DNA from: Methanocorpusculum sp. | Lineage (GTDB): Archaea; Halobacteriota; Methanomicrobia; Methanomicrobiales; Methanocorpusculaceae | NCBI GenBank assembly: GCA_029986255.1 | Contig: DALTYD010000001.1 | Span: 23,063-87,062 of the forward strand | Direction: 5' to 3' | Length of the DNA: 64,000 bases | Shown: in pieces, positions 9,948 to 20,195 of the stretch | Layout: every line of letters starts with the position of its first letter | Position numbering within the stretch: position 1 is the first letter of the stretch | The notes under the pieces: model-generated | What the model was told of the DNA's origin: nothing | What the model saw: the letters and a program-made list of their open reading frames with translations, nothing else | The model's database searches: none | Translations under genes and position numbers: made by a program

Positions 9948-11343
9948 AATTAATCATCTTCACAATTGAAACTGCCTTTCCATCTGAAAACTGGAGAGAT
10001 AGGTGGTCACCTGTACTTATATTTTTTGCTGAACGGACAATTGTTCTATCTTTCCAGACAATTGTATATCCGAGTTTAAGTGGTTTATAAGGATCTCGTC
10101 CAACAATGATTTCTTTTTGAGTTAGAAGTTCCAGTCGGGCGGTTGCTATCCGTGTTTGTGCTGATTTTGCAATCATTTCCCCGAGTGTTCTGCATTGTTT
10201 GCGTTCATCGATAATTTTTCGGTTGAGTGAGGTCTTGATTCTTTCTGTAAAATCAGCTGTTTGTTGATACATTTGATCCAGTTTCCGTGTCAATCGCATC
10301 GACTCAATTCGACTAGCGAGTTCTGAAAGTGTACTTCGTTCCGTTGCAAATCTTCCCATAATTGCATCATGATTTGTCCTGCGCATCTCTTCTAGTTGGT
10401 ATATCAACACCGTTCGGTCTGGTACAACTGTTTCTGCCGCTGCCGAGGGTGTTGGCATACGGCAATCTGCTGCGTAATCGGCTAGTGTTGTATCTGTTTC
10501 ATGGCCAATTGCGCTAATTACTGGAATGATGGATGCTGCGATTGCTCGCACTACATCTGGATGGTTAAACTCGAATAGATCCTCAAAACTTCCTCCGCCT
10601 CGAGCGACAATGATCACATCTGCCATCTTTTGCAATGATTGGATTGCTGCAGCTATTTGGATATGGGCACCGTCGCCCTGAACTGCTGTATGCGCAAGTA
10701 AAATTGGCAGTGGATATCTGCGTGAGATAACATTTCGGATATCTTGTAAAACCGATCCCGTTCGCGACGTAACGACCCCAATACACGATGGGAATATTGG
10801 AGGGATTCGTCGATTGCATTCTGCACGTGGGATCACCCCCTCTACAGTAAGCTGCTTTTTCCACTCCTCTTTCTGAAGGTACAGGCCAGTTTTTCCAAAT
10901 TTTTCTGGTTCAAGTTTTTTAATCACAAATTGCATTTTTCCATATGGTGAGTAGAAATTCACATAGCCTGTTGCCCGCACTAACGCTCCGTCTTTCACCT
11001 GAAATATCACTGTTTTTGCTGAATATTTCCACATGACGCAGGGAATTGTTGCCTTGTCATTTCCTTGTTCCGATAGTGAGAAATATATATGTCCCGAAGA
11101 ATGGGGGCGGTATCCGGTGATCTCTCCCTGTACGCAAACATCGGTGAGTTGTGGGATATCAATTGCATTGCAAATCCGTTTTGCCAGTTCAGATACACTC
11201 AACACTCGCGACTCAATTGGGATTTTTGGATAATTATCAGCACGTGTTGAGTTTTCTGGAATTTTTATTATGACATTTGGAATCTTTTCATCAGGTTCTC
11301 TCTCCTCAAATATTAGTTGCATTTGTTTTCCTTTTTTTGCCAT
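9931..11343 (-). CDS. xseA: Exodeoxyribonuclease VII large subunit
   Basis: OB-fold (GEIT..SGHIYFSL), IGVVTS, IVARGGGSFEDL, SAIGHETD, TPSAAAE. Confidence 0.96.
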   Translation of the reverse strand: MAKKGKQMQLIFEEREPDEKIPNVIIKIPENSTRADNYPKIPIESRVLSVSELAKRICNAIDIPQLTDVCVQGEITGYRPHSSGHIYFSLSEQGNDKATIPCVMWKYSAKTVIFQVKDGALVRATGYVNFYSPYGKMQFVIKKLEPEKFGKTGLYLQKEEWKKQLTVEGVIPRAECNRRIPPIFPSCIGVVTSRTGSVLQDIRNVISRRYPLPILLAHTAVQGDGAHIQIAAAIQSLQKMADVIIVARGGGSFEDLFEFNHPDVVRAIAASIIPVISAIGHETDTTLADYAADCRMPTPSAAAETVVPDRTVLIYQLEEMRRTNHDAIMGRFATERSTLSELASRIESMRLTRKLDQMYQQTADFTERIKTSLNRKIIDERKQCRTLGEMIAKSAQTRIATARLELLTQKEIIVGRDPYKPLKLGYTIVWKDRTIVRSAKNISTGDHLSLQFSDGKAVSIVKMINYDRET

Positions 11344-11896
11344 TATTCATTGTTTTGCATTTTGATGAAAGAAAACTATCTGATTATGAAGTTCCTACTT
11401 GTGATCCATCCAGTCTATTTTTTCAGTAGGTTTTTTTCCATAAGTAATAGTTTTTTTAATAAATTCTATGTATTTTTATTTCTTTTTTTTCGAATGTTTT
11501 TCCATATATTTGTAGATTGTCCTGCCCACTTACTTTATTGTATTTTTGTGATTCGCAGAATCGTATGCTCAATGTCTAAATGAGAATTGAGATAGGAAAG
11601 GTAATGTCCATGTATATCTTTATGAATACGTGTTACTGATGGTGCTCATAAGATTATCCCGTTTTGAAGCCCCATATATGGGCTTATATTATCTTTGAAT
11701 CTGTCAATTTCTGTATCAGGGTGCATTTTTATTATGCGAAATCTTCCTTTGTTCTCATCAATGAGGAAGACAGATTTCCTGACTTCCGATCAATTTAAGG
11801 GTGAGAATCCATATATTAAGAAAGCGATTTGTATATGATGATGATTACGGGTTCAGGGCACCGGAATAGATATGCCGCACCTGCAGTGTGGAATAG

Positions 11897-13177
11897 ATGA
11901 TAGAATACTCGAATATTATTATTTTTGTGTTCCTTCTGATCTTTTCTGCATTTTTTTCAGCTTCGGAGGTTGCCCTTGTTGGGATTAATCGTGCGAAAGT
12001 TCGTGTTCTTTCCGAAGAGGGAGGGGCATCAGGCAAACGTCTTGAAAAATTGAAAAATAATCCGGATCATTTTCTGATCACAATCCTTATTGGTAACAAT
12101 ATTGCCAATGTTGGTGCTTCAGCAATTGCTACGGCGGTTGCGTTTGTTTTATTTGGTGATGCTGGAGTTGCCATTGCAACAGGTTTTGTGACTATTCTTC
12201 TGTTAATATTTGGAGAAATCGGACCAAAAACGTTTGCAACCCGAAAAACTGAGATGGTTGCATTGTTTGTGGCAACTCCTATTTATTATCTAACACGTGT
12301 ATTTTCTCCTATCTTCTGGGTGTATGATCGTCTTCGCCTCATTGGAAAATGTGGTGTGCTGGATGTACCAACAGTTACAGAAGAAGAGATCCGTGAATGG
12401 ATCGATGTAGGAGAGATGGAAGGAGCAATTGAAGAGGACGAAAAAGAGATGATATACTCTGTTCTTCGGTTTAATGACACTATTGCAAAGGAGATCATGA
12501 CTCCTCGTCCGGATGTTGCGGTGATTGAAGATATCTCATCTCTTGAGGATGCCGTTGTTCATTTTCGAGATACTGGTTATTCGCGTGTTCCAGTCTATCA
12601 TGGTAAAATTGATAATATAGTCGGAACATTGAATATTAAAGATCTATTTAATGCCTATACTTCAGGAAATCATCGTGCTCTTGTGAAGACACTGATGTAT
12701 GATGTGTACTGCGTTCCAGAGTCCAAGAAAATTGATGTTCTCTTGCGAGAATTGCAATTGCGGCGCATGCACATGGCCATTGTTCTAGATGAATTCGGCG
12801 GATTTTCTGGTGTCGTTACGTTTGAGGATATCCTTGAAGAGCTGGTTGGTGACATTATGGATGAGTCGGATACTGATGAAGTTGCTGATATCATTGAGAT
12901 TGGGGATGGTCTTTACATGGTGGATGCTCAGACCCGTGTTCTTCTTCTCAACGAACACTTTGGTATCACACTTCCCGAAGATCCAGGAAACTATGAGACC
13001 ATTGGTGGTCTAGTATTCTCTCGACTTGGTCATACCCCTCGACTGGGGGAATCGGTGACGATAATGGATCAGCACATTTCCATTGTTGTTACGAAGATGC
13101 GTGGGCGGCAAATCCTTAAGCTCAAATTAATTCTTCCTCAACATGAAGCCGACTGTCAAATTTTCAATTGGGAATAA
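11897..13177 (+). CDS. CNNM/CorC (hemolysin-like) membrane protein: DUF21 + CBS pair + CorC domain; probable Mg2+/Co2+ transport
   Basis: SAFFSASEVA, GEIGPK, EIMTPR, YSRVPVY, DEFGG..GVVTFEDILEELVG. Confidence 0.93.
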   Translation: MIEYSNIIIFVFLLIFSAFFSASEVALVGINRAKVRVLSEEGGASGKRLEKLKNNPDHFLITILIGNNIANVGASAIATAVAFVLFGDAGVAIATGFVTILLLIFGEIGPKTFATRKTEMVALFVATPIYYLTRVFSPIFWVYDRLRLIGKCGVLDVPTVTEEEIREWIDVGEMEGAIEEDEKEMIYSVLRFNDTIAKEIMTPRPDVAVIEDISSLEDAVVHFRDTGYSRVPVYHGKIDNIVGTLNIKDLFNAYTSGNHRALVKTLMYDVYCVPESKKIDVLLRELQLRRMHMAIVLDEFGGFSGVVTFEDILEELVGDIMDESDTDEVADIIEIGDGLYMVDAQTRVLLLNEHFGITLPEDPGNYETIGGLVFSRLGHTPRLGESVTIMDQHISIVVTKMRGRQILKLKLILPQHEADCQIFNWE

Positions 13178-13417
13178 GGCTGGTATTTTTATTGTCACTT
13201 TGTTTTTCTGTGTCATGGCGGCAACTTTATCTCATTTTGTGCACATTAAAATAATAACGCTTTTCGTCGCGGAAGAATATGCATGCGGTTGTGCTCTTCT
13301 CTGGAAGGAGTGTAGCAAGACTGTGCCTTGCGGCTTTATTCACAAATTTTTAAGCGTTACCTGTAGATAGCTTCCCTTTTGGGTATAGCAGAACAGTTTT
13401 CCATATTTGAGGTCTCC

Positions 13418-14065
13418 ATGTCACAGGAATATTATGACGTTAAAACGGGAACAACCACTGTTGGTATCGTTTTCCAGGGCGGGGTTGTTCTCGCGACTGA
13501 ACGACGTGCTACGATGGGTACCCTCATTGCTAGCAAGAAGGCAAAGAAAGTACATAGCATCGCAGATCACATTGGTATGACCATTGCAGGGGGTGTTGGT
13601 GATGCTCAACAACTCGTACGAATTATCAGTGTTGAGTGTAATCTCTATCAGATTCGTCGTGGAAAGGAGATAAGCGTTGGTGCAGCAGCTACTATCCTAT
13701 CCAACTATCTCAACCAAAATCGTTTTTCTCCTTATTATGTTCAACTCGTGGTTGGCGGTGTCGATACGAACGGCTCGTCCATCTACTCTGTAGATGCAGC
13801 AGGGGGTGCTACTCTTGAGGAAGACTTTGTCTCTACTGGTTCAGGCTCTCTTCCTGCTTATGGAGTCCTAGAGGACCAATTTCATTTGAACATGAATGAA
13901 GATGACTGTGTTGATCTTGCGATACGGGCTCTTCGTGCTGCCATGCGACGCGATTCTGCTTCTGGAGAGGGATACAATGTAGTGGTTATTACTCGAGATA
14001 AGTTTGCGTACATCTCGGAGGCAAAAATAGCAGAGGTGCTTTCAACATCTTCTTTTTCTACATGA
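13418..14065 (+). CDS. psmB: Proteasome subunit beta
   Basis: KTGTTTVG propeptide/active Thr, GSGS, RDSASG; start moved to the ATG after GAGGT. Confidence 0.97.
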   Translation: MSQEYYDVKTGTTTVGIVFQGGVVLATERRATMGTLIASKKAKKVHSIADHIGMTIAGGVGDAQQLVRIISVECNLYQIRRGKEISVGAAATILSNYLNQNRFSPYYVQLVVGGVDTNGSSIYSVDAAGGATLEEDFVSTGSGSLPAYGVLEDQFHLNMNEDDCVDLAIRALRAAMRRDSASGEGYNVVVITRDKFAYISEAKIAEVLSTSSFST

Positions 14066-14093
14066 TTTTTATACTTTTTTGGAAACGATTTCT

Positions 14094-16004
14094 ATGCTGG
14101 TTGAAGACAGACTCAAAGACTTGAAAGACATTATTAATCAGAAAGTACCTCCTGGTGTTACAGTAACGGATGTTGAATATGAAGGTCCAGAGATGGTTAT
14201 CTACACAGATGATCCAAAACGATTTGCTGAGGAGCAGGATCTCATCCGTACTCTTGCTCGTGATCTGCGTAAGAGGATCGTTGTTCGACCGAATATTCTT
14301 GGTGATACAGAGCGGGCATATGACATGATCAAGAATGTTGTTCCGGAGACTGCCGGGATTACGGATATTTTCTTTGATACTGACACTGGGGAGGTTCTGA
14401 TTGAGGCTGAGAAACCTGGTGTAGTTATCGGAAAAAATGGTTTAACACTCCGAGATATTACTATGAAGGTTGGTTGGACCCCGAAGGTAGTGCGTACTCC
14501 CCCGATACCATCGGTAACGATCAAACAGGTGCGTCAGTTTTTGCGCGAATCCCGTGATGAACGTAAGGAATTTTTACGCAAATGTGGACGTCGTATTCAT
14601 CGTGATTTGCTTTATTCGGGTCGTGATATGGAGCAATGGTTGCGACTTACGACACTTGGTTGCTGTCGTCAGGTTGGTCGCGCTGCATTTTTGCTTTCAA
14701 CACCCGAGAGTAAGGTTTTAATTGACTGTGGGGAGTCTCCAGGGGCAACAGGAAGTGCTTCATCTCCGTTCTTGAATGTACCTGAGATTTATCCATTTTC
14801 TTCGCTCGATGCAGTTATCTTAACCCATGCTCATCTGGATCATTCTGCATACATTCCACTTCTGTACCGTTATGGTTATGACGGTCCTGTGTACACCACT
14901 CCTGCTACTCGGGATACTGCTGCAATGTTGCAGCTTGATTATCTTGATGTGAGCAATAAGGAGGATAAAGTACCACCGTACTCATCAAATGAGATTCGTG
15001 AATTTGTGAAGCATACGATTGCTCTTGGTTATGGAGATGTCACAGACATTGCTCCAGATTTGAAACTGACATTGCACAACGCGGGGCATATTCTTGGTTC
15101 AGCTATTGCGCACTTCAATGTTGGGAATGGCCTTTATAATATTGCGTTTACTGGAGACTTCTTCTACAGCAAAAGTCGGCTGTTTAATTCGGCTATCTCG
15201 CAGTTTCCTCGCCTTGAAGCGCTTGTGATGGAGAGTACCTATGGTGGATCTGAGGACTTTTCTCCTTCGAGAAAGGACGCAGAAAATCGTCTTTATGAGG
15301 TTATTGACATGACTCTGGAACGTGGAGGAAAAGTATTAATTCCTGCGTTTGCAGTAGGTCGATCACAGGAATTAATGCTTGCACTTGAGGAGGGATTTCG
15401 AAACAAACGGATTCCAAAATGTAAGATATATCTTGATGGAATGATTAAAGAGGCAACTGCCCTTCACACTGCGTATCCTGAATACCTGAACAATGATCTT
15501 AGAAATCAGATTTTTCGGGATAATTATAATCCATTCCTCGCTGAATGCTTTGAGCAGGTTGATTCTCAGGATAAACGTCAACAGGTTATCTTATCGATGG
15601 ATCCGTGTGTGATTATCTCAACAAGTGGTATGCTGAATGGAGGACCAGTTATTGAGTATCTTAGCAATCTTGCTGAATCGGAAAAAAACATGTTGATATT
15701 TGTTGGGTATCAAGCGGAGGGTACCTATGGTCGCCGGATTCAGAAAGGATGGCGGGAGATTCCTGTTGGTAAAAAAAGTAGCATTTTTATAAACATGGAG
15801 GTCCAAACTGTAGAGGGTTTCTCTGGTCATGCAGATCGTCGCCAACTGATGAACTATGTGCAATGTCTTCAACCTAAACCAGAACGAATTCTTACGGTTC
15901 ATGGTGACGAGTCAAAAACGATCGATCTAGCAAGCTCAATCTATAAAAAGTATCATATCCAGACAGTTTCTCCCCAGAACCTGGAGACTTATAGATTGAT
16001 ATAA
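14094..16004 (+). CDS. beta-CASP ribonuclease aCPSF1 (transcription termination factor FttA)
   Basis: N-terminal KH domains, THAHLDH MBL motif, AGHILGS, FSGHAD; psmB-aCPSF1 synteny. Confidence 0.96.
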   Translation: MLVEDRLKDLKDIINQKVPPGVTVTDVEYEGPEMVIYTDDPKRFAEEQDLIRTLARDLRKRIVVRPNILGDTERAYDMIKNVVPETAGITDIFFDTDTGEVLIEAEKPGVVIGKNGLTLRDITMKVGWTPKVVRTPPIPSVTIKQVRQFLRESRDERKEFLRKCGRRIHRDLLYSGRDMEQWLRLTTLGCCRQVGRAAFLLSTPESKVLIDCGESPGATGSASSPFLNVPEIYPFSSLDAVILTHAHLDHSAYIPLLYRYGYDGPVYTTPATRDTAAMLQLDYLDVSNKEDKVPPYSSNEIREFVKHTIALGYGDVTDIAPDLKLTLHNAGHILGSAIAHFNVGNGLYNIAFTGDFFYSKSRLFNSAISQFPRLEALVMESTYGGSEDFSPSRKDAENRLYEVIDMTLERGGKVLIPAFAVGRSQELMLALEEGFRNKRIPKCKIYLDGMIKEATALHTAYPEYLNNDLRNQIFRDNYNPFLAECFEQVDSQDKRQQVILSMDPCVIISTSGMLNGGPVIEYLSNLAESEKNMLIFVGYQAEGTYGRRIQKGWREIPVGKKSSIFINMEVQTVEGFSGHADRRQLMNYVQCLQPKPERILTVHGDESKTIDLASSIYKKYHIQTVSPQNLETYRLI

Positions 16005-16248
16005 TATTTTTAGATATATTTTTACTGTATTTCATTGATTTATGTTGATTTTTTCACACATATGTTACATTTTATTATGCATAATCTCTAGTCTCATCCA
16101 TCTGTGTTTATATTATTATAACACTATCATTTATCTTCTCTAAACCATTCGGGATAGTTATTATCACTTTCTGATTTTTTCTCTCCATTTTTATATCTCA
16201 TCCACTTCTTTATTAATCCACTAACACTAACACTAATCCTCAACAAAA

Positions 16249-17706
16249 ATGCTTGTACAATTCGTTAATCGCATTTCTGCAATTCCCCCAATTCCACGTC
16301 AGAGTTTGATACAGCTTTGCGTAACTCTTGCAGTTACAATATTTGGATTCATCTCCACTATGCTCTTTTCTCATCTTCTCGGTAAACATCTTATGGGTGT
16401 TTATTATGTCTTTCTTTCATACTATGGTGTTTTTAATATAATTGGTGACGCTGGGTTTGGTAGTGCGGCAGTCAAGCGCATTTCTGAGGGAAAGGATCAG
16501 AATGCATATATCACGGCATATGCAACACTACGTTTTCTCTTAGTTATTCTCTCTTCGCTTCTTCTCTTTGTGATTAGTCCCTATCTCATCGATCTCAAAG
16601 AGTACGATCTAGTCCCTTGGATAATCATTGCACTCACTGCTGCCTTCTTTGGTGGTACTATCTCTATGAGTATCTATGGCCTTGGTCATGTAGGTATTAG
16701 GACTCTTGCAATTGGTGTTAGTGAATTTGTTCGTATTTTCATTCAGATCGTGTTTGTTTTTCTTGGCTATTCCGTTTTCGGACTGTTCGGTGGATTTATT
16801 ATTGCACTTATCCTATCTGGTCTATTTTGCCTCAAATACTTCACCTTCCATCCAACATGGTTCACGATTTACCACCTTAAAAGGATCCTTTCATACTCGC
16901 TCTGGAATTTTTTCATTGGTAGTGGTTCGCTTATCTTCTCGTATATCGCCGTCATTTTTCTTGACTTCTTCATGGAAAATGGGGATGTTGGTGTTTTCTG
17001 CGTTGCCATGCAGCTTACCAGTGTTGGAACGTTTACCACTGTTGCACTTGCTGGAACTCTCACTCCAAAGTTTAGCAACTGGAGTTTCAAAGGTGATCTC
17101 AGTCTGATTCCAAGTATTCTGGCACGAAGCATCACATATGGCCTTTTGTTCGCAGTTCCTGTAGCGGTAGGTGGTATTCTCCTCTCAGAACGTTTGCTCT
17201 ACTTTTTCTATGGTGAAGATCTCGTTGTAGGTGGATCTGTCTGTGCTATTCTTCTTTTATTACCGATTGTGAATGTTTTCATGATGCTCTTTGGCATAAC
17301 TCTTAGTGCTATCGATCATGCTCGTCAGTCTTTCTATGCCAGTTGCTCTTCTGCGATCCTTAACATTGTTCTTAATATTTTTTTAATTCCTACCATTGGT
17401 CTTGAAGGAGCTGCACTTGCTTCTCTTGCCAGCCTTACACTCAATGTTGTTCTCCTTCGTTACTATCTCAAGAGTTATCTTGATATTCGCTGTGATCTTC
17501 GTGCAGTATTCCATATCGTTTTTAGCTCTCTCTTTATGGCCGTGTTCATTTGTGTGTATCGGAACTATATTCCACTTACGAACATCTTTCAGGTCCTTGT
17601 CGCAGTTTTAATGGGAGCTATTCTCTATTTTATTGCTTTGTTCAGACTTGATAGGGGAATTCATGACGAAATTGTTCATTTTGTAAAACAGTTACTATCT
17701 CTCTAA
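16249..17706 (+). CDS. MOP-superfamily oligosaccharide flippase (Wzx/RfbX-like)
   Basis: About 14 hydrophobic segments; LNIVLNIFLIPTIGLEGAALAS motif. Confidence 0.88.
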   Translation: MLVQFVNRISAIPPIPRQSLIQLCVTLAVTIFGFISTMLFSHLLGKHLMGVYYVFLSYYGVFNIIGDAGFGSAAVKRISEGKDQNAYITAYATLRFLLVILSSLLLFVISPYLIDLKEYDLVPWIIIALTAAFFGGTISMSIYGLGHVGIRTLAIGVSEFVRIFIQIVFVFLGYSVFGLFGGFIIALILSGLFCLKYFTFHPTWFTIYHLKRILSYSLWNFFIGSGSLIFSYIAVIFLDFFMENGDVGVFCVAMQLTSVGTFTTVALAGTLTPKFSNWSFKGDLSLIPSILARSITYGLLFAVPVAVGGILLSERLLYFFYGEDLVVGGSVCAILLLLPIVNVFMMLFGITLSAIDHARQSFYASCSSAILNIVLNIFLIPTIGLEGAALASLASLTLNVVLLRYYLKSYLDIRCDLRAVFHIVFSSLFMAVFICVYRNYIPLTNIFQVLVAVLMGAILYFIALFRLDRGIHDEIVHFVKQLLSL

Positions 17707-18474
17707 CAATGCTCATTATCTCATTATCTTCTTTCATTATGTGATCTTTCTCTGGAATTTTCAAATTTTATCCCAATCAAGAGATTTTTATTGGGTGATC
17801 TTGAGATTTTTGCAGAGGAAATATCTAAAACACAATATAATGCTTTAATAATAATAAGACATCTTTTTGCTAAAGTTATCCAGTTTTTGATAAAAAAATA
17901 TAGGATAGATCCATTGATTATTTCCTCATATTTCCAAGAACATCAAGATAATTTCTTTGATTTTAGTGAGTGTTTTGTAGTTTTTATAGTGAAGGAATGA
18001 ACTGGATGTTGGTTCTAGAACTTTTTGTGTAATGCATTTTCAACATATCTCATTGTTTTTCAACCAATATCATTGCTTTATATTATTTTCTATTGAATAC
18101 GATTCTCTGGATCTTTCTATGATATTTGGTAATTGAAGTTTTTATGATAGATATCTCAAATATTATCCAAAATTTTTAAGAAAATGATACCTCTCCTGGA
18201 TTATAAAAACAACTTTCATATGAAAAAAAACAATTTTTAGATCTCAATGCAACAGGGTGTCTCCCTTTTCCCCTCTCCTCTTTGGGATGTCCTCGTTGAA
18301 GAAATTAGGAGAGATCTTGTTGGGAGAGATAGAAAGGATAAGATATAGCAAATCATGCCATCCATGTAACAATATCTATTCTCTTTTTTAATAGATTTTA
18401 GATATATACTTCATGTTTTAGGTTCTGTTTATGCTTTTTAATTTAGATTACCCTCCCTTATTAATGTCAATAAT

Positions 18475-18711
18475 TTATATCTGTTCTCTTTGTAGCAGTT
18501 TTTTGTGCAATTTTAACACTCGTTTCCGTGTTGCTTCTGTTAGTTCGGGTTCTAAGTGAAAAGAAAGAGAAAGGATATCTCCCACTGAAACTCCCTCTGG
18601 TAGATGTGCAAGTGGAATAATTGCAAGGGGTCGTTCCTCTTCTGGCATTCGAAGGAGAATTGATGCTTTTTCACCTTCTATTGAATCAACTGTCACAAGT
18701 AATTTTTTCAT
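18475..18711 (-). CDS. DUF3006 family protein
   Basis: VDSIEGEKA...LPEGVSVGDIL...TEATRKRV; probable start MKKLL overlaps the upstream stop (TAATG). Confidence 0.85.
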   Translation of the reverse strand: MKKLLVTVDSIEGEKASILLRMPEEERPLAIIPLAHLPEGVSVGDILSLSFHLEPELTEATRKRVLKLHKKLLQREQI

Positions 18712-19724
18712 TATATCCCCAAGAATGTATTTGGAATAATATTTTTGTACCAATGAGGCGTGTGCGTCAGCACTGAATAGTTCTCTCCGTCAGTTGCTAC
18801 GACTATATCTCCATCTATGTCTGTCCGATAGATGTATTTTGTCATTTTTTCAAAACGCTCCAATGATTCTATGTGTGGATGATTGTACTCATTGTCCTTT
18901 CCGACGCTGATTACAATCACTTCTGGATGTACAGCATTCAGGAACGCCTTCGTAGAAGATGATGAACTTCCATGATGACCTGCTTTTAGAATTTCGGCTT
19001 TTAGATCCATACCTGAGGCAAGCATTCTTTCTTCAGCTCTTCTTCCTGCGTCTCCTGTTAAGAGATATGACACGTTTTTGTAGGTCACTTTCATTACCAC
19101 AGAGTTTTCATTGATGTCCGGTTTTGACTCCACTTTGACAAGATCCTGTTGTGGAGAAAGAATATTCAGTCTTACGTCTCTCCATGGTGATTGAATTTTA
19201 TTTTCTGTGGAAACCATACGGTATGGTATATTTTTTTCGAGAATGTACTGCATCAATTTTTCATAGGTTGCGGTCGTGTGAGTAATGCCATTGTCGTAGA
19301 CAATTTTGACGTCGTATTGTTTTAGTACATCAAGCGCGTTTCCGATGTGATCATAATCCTGATGTGTTAATAGTAGAAATTCAAGTCGTTTTACTCCGAG
19401 AGAATTAAGGTATGAAAATAATCTCTCTCTAGCCTCGCGTTCTGGAGGGTTCATAGTCTCTCCAGCATCAATCAAAGCATATGTGTTGTCTTTGGCGAGA
19501 AGGATTGCATCCGCCTGTCCGACATTGATCACATGCATCGTAAACATGTGTTCATCCGCGTTCTGTGATGTAAATTTTGGAGTGAGTTCTGAAACACCGC
19601 TACTAAATACTAGAAGACATGCTGCTGCAACAATTATTGCTAAATATCTCATTTTGTGCTTTTGCATTTTCTTTGATTTTTGCTTGTGTGGTCTTCTTGT
19701 GTGTCCTGATTTCTTTACAGTCAT
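18711..19724 (-). CDS. ComEC/Rec2-type metallo-beta-lactamase-fold hydrolase with N-terminal membrane anchor
   Basis: NVGQADA, LIDAG, THQDYDHIG, NENS, LTGDA, KAGHHGS, HPH, RTD motifs. Confidence 0.9.
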   Translation of the reverse strand: MTVKKSGHTRRPHKQKSKKMQKHKMRYLAIIVAAACLLVFSSGVSELTPKFTSQNADEHMFTMHVINVGQADAILLAKDNTYALIDAGETMNPPEREARERLFSYLNSLGVKRLEFLLLTHQDYDHIGNALDVLKQYDVKIVYDNGITHTTATYEKLMQYILEKNIPYRMVSTENKIQSPWRDVRLNILSPQQDLVKVESKPDINENSVVMKVTYKNVSYLLTGDAGRRAEERMLASGMDLKAEILKAGHHGSSSSSTKAFLNAVHPEVIVISVGKDNEYNHPHIESLERFEKMTKYIYRTDIDGDIVVATDGENYSVLTHTPHWYKNIIPNTFLGI

Positions 19725-19995
19725 GGTAGTGTTATGGTATTTCTCTTTTTGAACTGATAATCATTGATTATCTTTCTTTCTGTGCAACAACTCTTATGAC
19801 TATTATCTCTATTCGATTTGTTTTTATCGCGCTTGTTAAGTCATCTTTGGATATGGATCTAATCTCATACCAATGATATTTTCATAGTTTATATATGTGT
19901 TATTTTTTGTTTTTCTCTAAATAATTACTGTTTCATTGGAAAGATAATCATAGGAGAATAACATTCTAACGTTTCAACACCAAATAAGTACTAGT

Positions 19996-20193
19996 ATGGT
20001 TTCTCCTATTTCTGTCCATCGTAGCGGAGAATGTTCTTTCAATGCAATTGTATCTGCGACTGAACAATGTGCTGTTATTTGTTGGGTGTTAGATCTGATC
20101 TTGATTAGTTTATTGTTCTTCATGAGATGTTCATGGTTGGCTGTATCGACACGTTGTCACCCGTCTGACAGAAGATCCAAAGATCGTGATTAA
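19996..20193 (+). CDS. Possible small hypothetical protein
   Basis: 65-aa ORF ending 2 nt before the next co-directional gene; higher GC than the flanking spacer; no recognisable family. Confidence 0.35.
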   Translation: MVSPISVHRSGECSFNAIVSATEQCAVICWVLDLILISLLFFMRCSWLAVSTRCHPSDRRSKDRD

Positions 20194-20195
20194 AT

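Noticed and set aside
11317..11583. Phe/Ile-rich ORFs in spacers (also 17791..18000, 28358..28714, 39901..40101, 42689..42982)
   Set aside because: Their composition simply reflects T-rich non-coding DNA; no RBS, motifs or operon context.
16219..16236. CACTAA x3 microsatellite upstream of the flippase
   Set aside because: Too short to support a function; probably slippage.
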